From the NCBI GenBank assembly GCA_044450485.1, contig JBIOJD010000001.1:1-33458 (forward strand): a DNA stretch of 33,458 nucleotides. The letters are read 5' to 3'. The DNA is from Polyangiales bacterium. GTDB lineage: Bacteria > Myxococcota_A > Polyangia > Polyangiales > JAFGIB01. A program made the translations under genes and the position numbers. Position 1 is the first letter of the stretch. Every line of letters begins with the position of its first letter. Under the pieces are notes generated by a model that did not search any database, had not been told where the DNA came from, and worked only from the letters and a program-made list of their open reading frames with translations. Below are positions 1-7,596 of this stretch, in pieces.

Positions 1-171
1 AGGCCCAAACCGCTCCGGCAGATCTCGCCAAGGTAGACCCGTTTTGGCGCGGAACAGCACGGCCTCGATGAACAGCCGATCGCCCAACGTAGCGGCTGGA
101 CCTGACGGCTGCGGTGGTAGAACTCGTTGAAGGCGACGCCACTGAGCGTCGGTGAGCGCATGTCGGTGCAT
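1..171 (-). mobile_element. IS5-family transposase (DUF4096-type N-terminal domain), 5-prime part only; the gene runs off the left edge of the window
   Basis: Minus-strand translation from the ATG at 171..169 gives [57 protein letters not shown] with no stop before position 1. The LTDxQW...LPP...G(L/I)PWRDLPxxFGP pattern is the signature N-terminus of IS5/IS427-type transposases. It is absent from the ORF track because it has no stop inside the window. Confidence 0.6.
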
Positions 172-270
172 GCGATCTTGGATCACGATCGCGATCCGTG
201 AGCAACACCCACCGCTAACCGATCGAAATGATCCAGCTTCTCGCTACCGCGAACTAGGGACAGCCCCTAG

Positions 271-447
271 TCGGCCGCGGCGGATGGCTCGAGCGCACCT
301 GTGAAGGCGATCACCACGACCGGCAATGCGTTCTCGTCCACGCTGGTGTCGGACCAGGGCGACCTCTACTTCGCGATCGTGTGCCGGGTCGACATTCCGC
401 CCGATCAAGTGGGCAGCCGCACGCACATCATGCGCTTCCGGCCGTAG
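271..447 (+). pseudogene. Orphan coding remnant, possibly the 3-prime end of a gene truncated by the adjacent IS; alternatively a 48-codon ORF from the GTG at 301
   Basis: The frame is open from just after the TAG at 268..270 to the TAG at 445..447: SAAADGSSAPVKAITTTGNAFSSTLVSDQGDLYFAIVCRVDIPPDQVGSRTHIMRFRP*. Third codon positions are almost all G/C, as in genuine genes of this window. There is no ATG and no obvious RBS. Confidence 0.3.
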
Positions 448-620
448 GCGCGCCTCGCACCTGCCGTCGCGAGAGTTGCTTGCTGCTTCGCTGTCCCGCA
501 GCGCTCATCCGAACACGCCTACTGCGCCTGCGGCAGCGAGTCCTTGCGGAAGGGGGAGAAGAAGGGGCGGGACCCTGAGAGACGTTCCTGCAACTTTGTA
601 ATTCCGACTGGGCCCGCCGC

Positions 621-1046
621 TCAAACGAACGGATTGCGCGTGCGGAGCTGTGGGAAGCGCGAGAAGTCGCGGTCCATGGTCCAGAGCTCCGTGACGCCGT
701 GCTGCAAGCAAAGTGCAGCGACGCGCGCATCGTGCACACGCGGCCCGACGACCCGTCCCGTGCGTAGGAGAGAGGCCAGCGCATCGTAGTAGCCGTCGAG
801 CTCGCCGAGCAGGGTGACGAGCGGCGATCCGATCCAGCCCTCGACGGTGAGCATGGCATCCTCGAGCGGCGTCGGAGGGTTGAAGATCTTCGGATGCGTC
901 ACGATGGCCAAGAACTCGTGCAAGCACGGCCACGGAATGGCCCAGCGCGAGCCGCCGAGCGTGGCCACCTGCTCGAGGGCGCGCTTGTGCCACGGGGAAT
1001 CCGCGCGGTGAGCGTGGACCAAGACGTTGGTGTCGAGCGCGATCAC
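621..1046 (-). CDS. vapC: Type II toxin, PIN-domain ribonuclease VapC
   Basis: 141 aa with a GTG start. PIN acidic residues are in their expected order: IALDTN near the N-terminus, LHEF, HDARVAA, and TMDRDF near the C-terminus. The start overlaps the antitoxin stop (GTGA, 1043..1046). Confidence 0.8.
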   Translation of the reverse strand: MIALDTNVLVHAHRADSPWHKRALEQVATLGGSRWAIPWPCLHEFLAIVTHPKIFNPPTPLEDAMLTVEGWIGSPLVTLLGELDGYYDALASLLRTGRVVGPRVHDARVAALCLQHGVTELWTMDRDFSRFPQLRTRNPFV

Positions 1047-1291
1047 CCGCCGCGCCCCTCGTAGGCGAGATCACTCAGCGCGCCGAAATCCTCCCAGGAC
1101 AGGCCGGACTGCAAGCCGCGGCCCTTGAATACGTGCGTGCGCACCGGGCGCGGCCGCGCGGTGGGCGTTTCGCGATCGAGCGCGTCGCGCAGCGCTGACT
1201 CGAGCACCGCTCGCAGCGTCGTGCGACGCTGGGCAGCGAGCTGTTTCGCGCGGCGCAGCAGGGCATCGGAGATCTCGACCGTGGTCTTCAT
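1043..1291 (-). CDS. vapB: Type II antitoxin, VapB-like
   Basis: 82 aa with an ATG start. The N-terminus MKTTVEISDALLRRAKQLAAQRRTTLRAVLESALRDAL is typical of VapB-type antitoxins that sit upstream of PIN toxins. It overlaps vapC by 4 nt. Confidence 0.65.
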   Translation of the reverse strand: MKTTVEISDALLRRAKQLAAQRRTTLRAVLESALRDALDRETPTARPRPVRTHVFKGRGLQSGLSWEDFGALSDLAYEGRGG

Positions 1292-1298
1292 GGGCCGC

Positions 1299-1316
1299 CC
1301 ATATCATTACATATGG
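1299..1316. promoter_or_regulatory. Candidate TA operator: perfect inverted repeat CCATAT-N6-ATATGG inside a local AT-rich patch just upstream of vapB
   Basis: The sequence ccatatcattacatatgg lies 8 nt upstream of the vapB ATG (1291). It sits in an unusually AT-rich stretch (1299..1335) of an otherwise GC-rich window. Type II TA operons are typically autoregulated through such palindromes. Confidence 0.35.
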
Positions 1317-1430
1317 CTCACCCATACTCAACCCCCCTCACGCGACCCCGGGGAACCTCTGCTCTGGGTGCCCGCGATTTGACAGCCACAGTCCCCCGGC
1401 ATAGGTAGCTTCACCCGCGCAGGAGGGTTC

Positions 1431-2366
1431 ATGGCCAAAGCAGCCCGCGCAGCAGCAGCAGTTCTGGAGCCCGAGCTACCGATCGTCGAAGAGCGGCACT
1501 TCCGCAGTGACAACGCGTTCTTGTGTCTGCTGCTCAATCGACGCACCAAGCATATCCGCGTGATCGATTTCCGCGCCGGCGCGTTGCCGGCCAAGCGCCT
1601 GTTCATCCAATCGGTCGCGCAGCGCGAGGGCGTGGAGAAAGTGATTTTGCTGGTCGAGAAGGACGAAGTGTCGTCCTGGACCCGCGTCGGCTTCGTGCGC
1701 GAAGGCACCGTTCCTGGTTTCTACAAGCGCAGCGATGGTCACTTGGTCGGCTGCGTGATCGGCGACCGCACGGCCTCAGTCGAAGCGGGTGAGGCTGCGC
1801 AGCGCCTGGCGGACAAGACCATCACCGCCGGCAAGAAGCTCGCCGCCGAGTACGAAGAGCCGCTCAAGGGCATCACCGTGAAGATCGCCACGCAGAAGGC
1901 GGCGCTCTCGGCGCGCGACTCGGTATGGAAGAAGCAAGACGCCGCGTACGGCTGCTTCGACCCGTTCGGCCGCGACGCGGCGCGCGTCTTCGTCGAGGTG
2001 AGCTCGAAGAAGGCCAAGCCGAACTTCCTCTCGGCCGAGTACCAAGACTGCTTCGGGCACTCGCTGATCGAGATCCTACGTCGACCCAAGGCCGCCCCCG
2101 ACCTGGCAGCCGCCATCGCGGGCCTGCGCGGTCTCGAGGACGACCTCAAGAGCCGCGAGATCGTATCGGCATTTGCCTTCGCGCCCGTCGACGACGTGGA
2201 GCTCGCAGCCGTGTTCCTCGCGGGCGGCTACCGCAAGACGGGACTGTTGGCGCGAGGCGTGCTCGTCGAGGGCAAGCGCAGCGACGCGATCCTGTGGACG
2301 CGCAAGCTGGCCGACCCCGCGGGCGGCGAGGAAGGCGAAGCCGGCGAAAGCGCCTTCGAAGGCTGA
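1431..2366 (+). CDS. Hypothetical protein with two GNAT-like halves, an architecture reminiscent of AblB-type acetyltransferases
   Basis: 311 aa, ATG preceded by AGGAGG (1421..1426). Both halves end in a GNAT-like beta-strand pattern: ...VEKVILLVEKDEVSSWTRVGFVREGTVPGFYKRSDGHLVGCVIG and ...FAFAPVDDVELAAVFLAGGYRKTGLLARGVLVEGKRSDAILWTRKL. That it is coding is solid. The function is a guess. Confidence 0.5.
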   Translation: MAKAARAAAAVLEPELPIVEERHFRSDNAFLCLLLNRRTKHIRVIDFRAGALPAKRLFIQSVAQREGVEKVILLVEKDEVSSWTRVGFVREGTVPGFYKRSDGHLVGCVIGDRTASVEAGEAAQRLADKTITAGKKLAAEYEEPLKGITVKIATQKAALSARDSVWKKQDAAYGCFDPFGRDAARVFVEVSSKKAKPNFLSAEYQDCFGHSLIEILRRPKAAPDLAAAIAGLRGLEDDLKSREIVSAFAFAPVDDVELAAVFLAGGYRKTGLLARGVLVEGKRSDAILWTRKLADPAGGEEGEAGESAFEG

Positions 2367-2418
2367 GCGAATTCGCGTCCGAGCGCTCGACCTGCTAACC
2401 TGTTCAGCATCGGGTTCG

Positions 2419-2446
2419 TTGACACGGAAGTGCCACGAGTTACGTT
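2419..2446 (+). promoter_or_regulatory. Possible sigma70-type promoter for the zinc-ribbon gene (TTGACA-N16-TACGTT)
   Basis: TTGACA lies at 2419..2424 and TACGTT at 2441..2446, about 15 nt upstream of the ATG at 2462. This is a hexamer match only. Confidence 0.25.
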
Positions 2447-2461
2447 GCCCGCTCGAAAGCC

Positions 2462-2791
2462 ATGCCGACGTACAGCTACGTATGCGACGCGTGCAAGCGC
2501 GAGTTCGAGCGAGAGCAGCGGATTAGCGAGGACCCGATCAAGAAGTGCCCGAGCTGCGGAAAGCTCAAGGCGCGCCGCATGATCACGAGCGGCAACTTCA
2601 TCCTCAAAGGTGGCGGCTGGTACTCGGACGGCTACGGCTCCAGCAAGGGCGGCAGCAGCAAGAAGGACTCGGCGCCGAGCACGTCATCGAAGGACGCTTC
2701 GAGCACGCCATCGAAGGACGCCTCGAGCTCGACCAGCTCGACTCCCAGCCCGAGCAAAGACACAAAACCCGCCAGCACCGGCTCCGACTGA
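2462..2791 (+). CDS. FmdB-family zinc-ribbon protein (CxxC...CxxC) with an S/T/K/D-rich tail
   Basis: MPTYSYVCDACKREFEREQRISEDPIKKCPSCG matches the FmdB / CxxC_CxxC_SSSS putative-regulator signature. The C-terminal half is low-complexity SSK/SKDAS repeats, with a 24-bp-period direct repeat at 2685..2728. Confidence 0.8.
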   Translation: MPTYSYVCDACKREFEREQRISEDPIKKCPSCGKLKARRMITSGNFILKGGGWYSDGYGSSKGGSSKKDSAPSTSSKDASSTPSKDASSSTSSTPSPSKDTKPASTGSD

Positions 2792-2800
2792 AGAGCGGGC

Positions 2801-5038
2801 TCAAACGGGCTCGAGGTAGCTGCTCACGAGCGTTTTGTCGCCCCAGCCGGGGAAGCGCACGATGAGGCGCGGCGGCGAGCCGGGGCTGACCCCGCGCACT
2901 TCGCCCACACCGAACGTCTTGTGGCGAACCTTCGCGCCGAGCTGCGGCGTGTCGAAGTCGGAGCCTTCGCTGGTGTCGATGTGCGAATCGGTTGAGCGAC
3001 CCGGAAGGGCACGCGGCGGTGCAGGTCGGCTGCCCCAACTTTGCCTCCCGCCCGGCTGCGCGCGCGAGCCGCCCACCAGCTCGATCTCGCTCTGCGGCAT
3101 CTCGGACAGAAAGCGCGAGGGCCGGCGGGCGCGCAGCTCGCCATAGACGCGCCGCGTCTCTGCGTAGCTCAAGAACAAGCGTTGGCGTGCACGGGTGAAC
3201 GCGACGTAGGCCAGCCTGCGCTCTTCTTCCAGGTCTGCGGGATCGATATCGCCGCCCTCGAACGCCGATCGCACGTTGGGAAAGGTCTCCTCTTCGAGCC
3301 CCGCCACCATGACCACGGGAAACTCGAGGCCCTTGGCGGCATGGATGGTCATCAGCGTGATCGAGTCGCGGTCGTCCCCGCGATCGGCATCGGTCGAGAG
3401 CGTCACTAGCTCGAGAAACGCCGCGAGCGTCGGCTCCTCTGCTTCCTGCTCGAACTCCAGCATCGAGCCCAGCACCTCTTGCAGGTTCTCGAGGCGCGCG
3501 TCCGACTCGGCCCTGTCCTCGTCGCGCAGCGCCTGCGCATAGCCGGTCTGGTCGAGCACGCTGCGCGCGAGCTGCTCCGGTCCGTGTCCCTCCGCTGCCT
3601 TCTGCCGCAGTTGCTCGATCAGCGCGGTGAAGCGTTGCAAGCTCTTGCGAGCCGCCGTGGTCTGCGCCGGATCGGCCGAGGCCTCGAGCAGCGCTTGGTA
3701 CACGCCTTTGCCGCTGCGGGCCGCCGACTCGAGCAGGCGCTCGATCGCGGTCTTGCCGATCCCGCGCGGCGGCGTATTGACGATGCGGAGCAAGCTCACG
3801 TCGTCGGCCGGGTTGTGGATGACGCGCAGATACGCGAGCAGATCTTTCACCTCGGCCCGATCGTAGAAGCGGAGGCCTCCGACTACGCGATACGGCAGAT
3901 CGGCGAACCGCAGCGCTTCCTCGAATACGCGCGACTGCGCGTGCGTGCGGTACAGGAGCGCGAGCTCGCTGCGAGCATGGCCGGCCTCGAGCAGCATCTG
4001 CATCAGCTTCACGACCAGCGCGGCCTCGTCGCGCTCGTCGCCACAGCACAGAAGCGTGGCCTTCGCACCTTCTTCGTTATCGGTCCACAGCGACTTCTCC
4101 TGGCGCTCGCGATTGTGACCGACGACCGCATTGGCCACGCGCAGGATGCGCTTGGTCGAGCGGTAGTTCTGCTCGAGCTTGACCAGGTGCGCGCCCGGAA
4201 ACTGGCGCGTGAATTCGAGGATGTTGCGCCGATCGGCGCCTCTGAAACGGTAGATGCTCTGGTCGTCGTCGCCGACGACGCACAGGTTCTGGTGACGCTC
4301 ACACAGCGCGCGCAAGAGCAGGTACTGCACGCGATTGGTGTCCTGATACTCGTCGACCAGCACGTGGCCGAAGCGCGTCTGTAGCGCCGTGCGCAGCTCG
4401 TCGCTGTGCCTCATCGCGTCCACCAGACGGAAGATCAGATCGCCGAAATCGAGCGCGGACGCCGCGCGCATCCGTGTTTCGTAGATCGCGTACAAACGTG
4501 CGGCCGTGCGCTCCAGCTCGTCGCCTGGATCGTAGGCGTCGGGCCCGATCGCCTCGTTCTTGCAGCGGTTGATGATCGAGGCGAGCCAGCGCGGCGGATA
4601 GCGCCGCTCGTCGAGGCCCTCGTCGCGCAAGATCCGAGTGAGCATCGCCCGCTGGTCCGCGTCGTCGTAGATCACGAAGTCGCGGCGAATGCCGGCGAGC
4701 TCGGCGTGCTTGCGCAAGAGGCGCGCGCAGGTGGCGTGGAAGGTCCCGACCCACAGCTCGTTCGCCCCGCCCGGCAAGAGCTGGCCCAGGCGCTCCCGCA
4801 TCTCGGCCGCAGCCTTGTTCGTGAAGGTCACGGCCAAGATCCGCCAGGGCTGTACCCCGCGCTCGGACACCAGATGGGCGACTCGATGCGTGATGACGCG
4901 CGTCTTGCCGCTCCCGGCACCGGCAAAGACCACGAGCGGCCCATCGCCGTAGGTCACGGCTTCGCGCTGGCGGTCGTTGAGCCCGCTGAGAGGCACGGAC
5001 ACGTCGGGTAACCTACCCCCGGCCCCGCAGCCCACCAA
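2801..5038 (-). CDS. uvrD: ATP-dependent DNA helicase, UvrD/PcrA family
   Basis: Walker A GAGSGKT, motif II VDEYQDTN, TFHATCARLL, and a C-terminal Tudor-like tail (GAKVRHKTFGVGEV...IVRFPGWGDKTL). The track start at 5038 is TTG. The GTG at 5002 or 4996, just before LSGLNDRQREAV, is an equally plausible start. Confidence 0.9.
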   Translation of the reverse strand: MVGCGAGGRLPDVSVPLSGLNDRQREAVTYGDGPLVVFAGAGSGKTRVITHRVAHLVSERGVQPWRILAVTFTNKAAAEMRERLGQLLPGGANELWVGTFHATCARLLRKHAELAGIRRDFVIYDDADQRAMLTRILRDEGLDERRYPPRWLASIINRCKNEAIGPDAYDPGDELERTAARLYAIYETRMRAASALDFGDLIFRLVDAMRHSDELRTALQTRFGHVLVDEYQDTNRVQYLLLRALCERHQNLCVVGDDDQSIYRFRGADRRNILEFTRQFPGAHLVKLEQNYRSTKRILRVANAVVGHNRERQEKSLWTDNEEGAKATLLCCGDERDEAALVVKLMQMLLEAGHARSELALLYRTHAQSRVFEEALRFADLPYRVVGGLRFYDRAEVKDLLAYLRVIHNPADDVSLLRIVNTPPRGIGKTAIERLLESAARSGKGVYQALLEASADPAQTTAARKSLQRFTALIEQLRQKAAEGHGPEQLARSVLDQTGYAQALRDEDRAESDARLENLQEVLGSMLEFEQEAEEPTLAAFLELVTLSTDADRGDDRDSITLMTIHAAKGLEFPVVMVAGLEEETFPNVRSAFEGGDIDPADLEEERRLAYVAFTRARQRLFLSYAETRRVYGELRARRPSRFLSEMPQSEIELVGGSRAQPGGRQSWGSRPAPPRALPGRSTDSHIDTSEGSDFDTPQLGAKVRHKTFGVGEVRGVSPGSPPRLIVRFPGWGDKTLVSSYLEPV

Positions 5039-5056
5039 GCGGAAAGGCGGGATTCC

Positions 5057-5767
5057 ATGCTACAGATCGCTGCCATGAAGCCGGCTGAGCCGCAGGCCGC
5101 AGCTGCGCCGGGCGCGGCCAAGTCGCTGAATCGCCAGGCCTCGCAGGCGTCCAACGACTCGCAGGAGGTGGACCCGCACCGTGGCGATACCGAGCTCGTA
5201 CGCAGAGTGCAGGCCGGCGACCAAGTCGCGTTTCGCAGCTTGTACGACAAGTACAACCGCCGCGTGTTCGCGGTGGCCCTGCGCGTGGTCAAGAACCAGG
5301 ACGACGCGCTCGACGTGGTGCAGGAAGCCTTCATCAAGGTGCACAAGCACATCGGCAGCTTCCAGGGATCTTCGAGCTTCTACACGTGGCTCTACCGAAT
5401 CGCGATGAACCTAGCCATCGATCAGGTGCGCAAGCGGCGCAAAGTCGTCGAGCTCGACGAGGCCGTCCACAAGGACGACGCCGCCTCGGGCGGGGCGTTC
5501 TTGCCTCAGATCGTCCACGACAACCCGAGCAAGACGGTGTCGCGGCGCGAGCTCTCGACCGAGATCCAGGCCGCGCTCGATACGCTGCCGGAGTACCATC
5601 GCGCGGTGATCCTGCTGCGCGAGGTCGAGGACCTGAGCTACGAAGAGATGGCCAAGGTGCTCAGAGTGCCGAAGGGCACGATCATGAGCCGGCTGTTCCA
5701 TGCGCGGCGCAAGATGCAGGAGCAGCTGCGCGGCTATCTGCAGGGCGACCTCGAGGTCAAGGAGTGA
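5057..5767 (+). CDS. ECF (sigma-24 / RpoE-like) RNA polymerase sigma factor
   Basis: Region 2 (FRSLYDKYNRRVFAVALRVVKNQDDALDVVQEAFIKV...FYTWLYRIAMNLAID) and region 4 (LPEYHRAVILLREVEDLSYEEMAKVLRVPKGTIMSRLFHARRKM) are both present. The ATG at 5057 follows GGAAAGG. An alternative ATG lies at 5075. Confidence 0.9.
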   Translation: MLQIAAMKPAEPQAAAAPGAAKSLNRQASQASNDSQEVDPHRGDTELVRRVQAGDQVAFRSLYDKYNRRVFAVALRVVKNQDDALDVVQEAFIKVHKHIGSFQGSSSFYTWLYRIAMNLAIDQVRKRRKVVELDEAVHKDDAASGGAFLPQIVHDNPSKTVSRRELSTEIQAALDTLPEYHRAVILLREVEDLSYEEMAKVLRVPKGTIMSRLFHARRKMQEQLRGYLQGDLEVKE

Positions 5768-5769
5768 CC

Positions 5770-6336
5770 GTGAAGGACGAGCACGTCGAAGAAGAGCTGC
5801 TGCAGCGCTATTTCGATGGCGAGCTCGACGCTGCGCAGAAGGCCGAGGTCGCAGGCCACGTCGAGCGCTGCGAACGCTGCGCAGAACGCGTACGCGGGCT
5901 TTCCGAGCTGCACCGAGTGATGGGCATCGCAGCCGAGGAGAGCGCGCGCGGCGTGGATTTCGACGCGCTCTTCGGCCGGATCGAGCGCGGCGTGGCCGAG
6001 CAGCCGCGGGCCGGCGTGGTCGAGCGGTTGTCGTTCGCGATGGAAGAGCGTGGGCAGCGGCCGCGGCAGATCTTGATGCCGGTGGCGGTCGGGCTGGCGG
6101 CGGCTGCGGCGCTGCTGCTGGTGCTGCGCCCCCAGCCTCCGACTGGCCAGAGCGAGGGGGCTCCGGTCTCGAGCCCCGCCGCAGCGGCGACCTCGAGCGC
6201 GAGTGGAACGGGAAGCTCGGAGCTCGACGAAGTCGATTTCGGCGCAAAAACGGGTACGGTGTACGTGCCGGGCGCCGACGGTGTCGAAGCCCTGGTGGTC
6301 TGGATCGACGACGATGACGACAAGGGCACGGAGTGA
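5770..6336 (+). CDS. Anti-sigma factor, zf-HC2 type, single-pass membrane protein
   Basis: The GTG at 5770 lies 2 nt after the sigma stop, in the frame of track ORF 5386..6336. It has the HxxxCxxC zinc motif (HVERCERC), then a TM helix (MPVAVGLAAAAALLLVL), then an S/A-rich extracytoplasmic part ending in DDDDDKGTE. Confidence 0.75.
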   Translation: MKDEHVEEELLQRYFDGELDAAQKAEVAGHVERCERCAERVRGLSELHRVMGIAAEESARGVDFDALFGRIERGVAEQPRAGVVERLSFAMEERGQRPRQILMPVAVGLAAAAALLLVLRPQPPTGQSEGAPVSSPAAAATSSASGTGSSELDEVDFGAKTGTVYVPGADGVEALVVWIDDDDDKGTE

Positions 6337-6343
6337 ACGCGTG

Positions 6344-6865
6344 ATGCTCGGGTTTGAAAGATCGAGGCCAACCGCGGCTCGCGGCGCACGACAGAAGCCG
6401 TGGCTGGCAACAGTCTCGTCGGCCGCCGTGCTCGGGCTTTGCTTGCTCGGCATCGCGCGTTCGGCGGCGGCCGCCGATGCGCCCGTCAAGACGCAAGTGC
6501 TGGTGATCCTGGCCAAGGAAGAACCAGGCGAGATCGATCCCAAGCTCAAGCAGGTGCGCGCGCTGCAGAAGCCACCGTTCAACGGCTTCAAGTCGATGAA
6601 GGTACTGTCGACGAGCGACGTGGAGCTGAGCGCCGACCAAGCCGCCACGGTCGCTTTACCGAACGGTCGCACGCTGCAGATCAAGCTGCTCGCACGCATG
6701 CCGGACGGAAGAAACAAAGTGCAGGTCTCGATCAATCGACCGGAGAAGCCGGACTACTTGCCGCTGCTGACCGTGATCGCGTCGGGCGAGCCGTTCTTCG
6801 TCGCTGGCCAGCGCTACGAGGGCGGGACGCTCGTGATCGGCGTGCGCGTAGGCGAAGCCAAGTAG
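6344..6865 (+). CDS. Secreted hypothetical protein, third gene of the ECF sigma module
   Basis: The internal ATG at 6344 lies in track ORF 6203..6865, 7 nt after the anti-sigma stop. A signal-peptide-like N-terminus (WLATVSSAAVLGLCLLGIARSAAAADA) is followed by a beta-rich mature part. I recognise no family. Confidence 0.55.
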   Translation: MLGFERSRPTAARGARQKPWLATVSSAAVLGLCLLGIARSAAAADAPVKTQVLVILAKEEPGEIDPKLKQVRALQKPPFNGFKSMKVLSTSDVELSADQAATVALPNGRTLQIKLLARMPDGRNKVQVSINRPEKPDYLPLLTVIASGEPFFVAGQRYEGGTLVIGVRVGEAK

Positions 6866-6897
6866 GTCTGCGCGCTCCGCGTTCGAGCAGAGCGAGC

Positions 6898-7596
6898 ATG
6901 CGGCGTAACCATCCCGAGGCCGACGAGCTCTCGCCCGCGGCGTCGCTTCCGGCCGATCCCGCGACCGTGATCGAGGCGCTCGGGCCGCTGCTCGAGCCGG
7001 AGCGCGCGGCACGCATCGACGCCGTGGTCGCAGCCCGCACGCGCTCGATCATTCCGGTGCTCGAGGCCGTAGACGATCCACGCAATGTGGCCGCGGTGCT
7101 GCGCTCGGCCGACGCATTCGGCCTCCAAGAGGTGCACCTGATCGAAGGCGAGCAGCCCTTTCTTGCCTCGCGGCGCGTGACCCAAGGGGCCGAGCTCTGG
7201 CTCGATCTGGTGCGCTACCGCAGCGCCGAGGCCTGCGTGGCGGCGTTGCGCGAACGCGGCTTCCAGGTATATGTCGCCACGATGAGAGGCGATCTCGTGC
7301 CGGAGGATCTCCATTGCATCGCCAAGCTCGCGGTGGTGTTCGGCAACGAGCACGCGGGCACGAGCCGCGCGCTCCATCAACTGTGCGACGGAAGCTACGC
7401 CATCCCGATGCACGGCTTCGCGCAGAGCCTGAACGTCTCGGTGGCGGCCGCGATCACGCTGCACGCTGCCCGACAGGGGCGCCCGGGTGACCTTTCGCCA
7501 GAGGAGCAAGCCGAGCTGCGCGCGCGGTTCTTGATGCACTCCGTGCCACGCTCTGGCGAAGTGGTGACCGAGCACCTACGGCGGCGCACGCGATGA
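6898..7596 (+). CDS. trmH: tRNA (guanosine-2-prime-O)-methyltransferase, SpoU/TrmH family
   Basis: ATG at 6898 in track ORF 6400..7596. It resembles E. coli TrmH throughout: RIDAVVAARTRSIIPVLEAVDDPRNVAAVLRSADAFGLQEVHLI, VFGNEHAGTS, IPMHGFAQSLNVSVAAAI, and the C-terminal LSPEEQAELRARFL. Confidence 0.8.
   Translation: MRRNHPEADELSPAASLPADPATVIEALGPLLEPERAARIDAVVAARTRSIIPVLEAVDDPRNVAAVLRSADAFGLQEVHLIEGEQPFLASRRVTQGAELWLDLVRYRSAEACVAALRERGFQVYVATMRGDLVPEDLHCIAKLAVVFGNEHAGTSRALHQLCDGSYAIPMHGFAQSLNVSVAAAITLHAARQGRPGDLSPEEQAELRARFLMHSVPRSGEVVTEHLRRRTR

Noticed and set aside
2604-4049. Long ORFs antisense or out of frame to recognisable genes. Examples are 2604..4049 (-), 3479..4384 (+), 5411..6640 (-), 7653..9806 (-), 12331..14007 (+), 13595..14698 (-), 18205..19620 (-), 18390..20141 (+), 19214..20776 (-) and 25786..28467 (+).
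   Set aside because: Stop codons are rare in every frame of very GC-rich DNA. These translations are R/A/G/P-rich and low in complexity, with no recognisable motifs. The overlapping frame in each case encodes a protein with canonical conserved blocks (UvrD, PBP1A, NadB, RarA, etc.).
4990-5056. An autoregulated ECF-type promoter (GGAAC...CGTC-like) upstream of the sigma factor gene.
   Set aside because: I found only a weak GTAACC-like element and no convincing -10 partner at appropriate spacing. The region also lies inside the uvrD N-terminal coding sequence. This is not supportable by eye.
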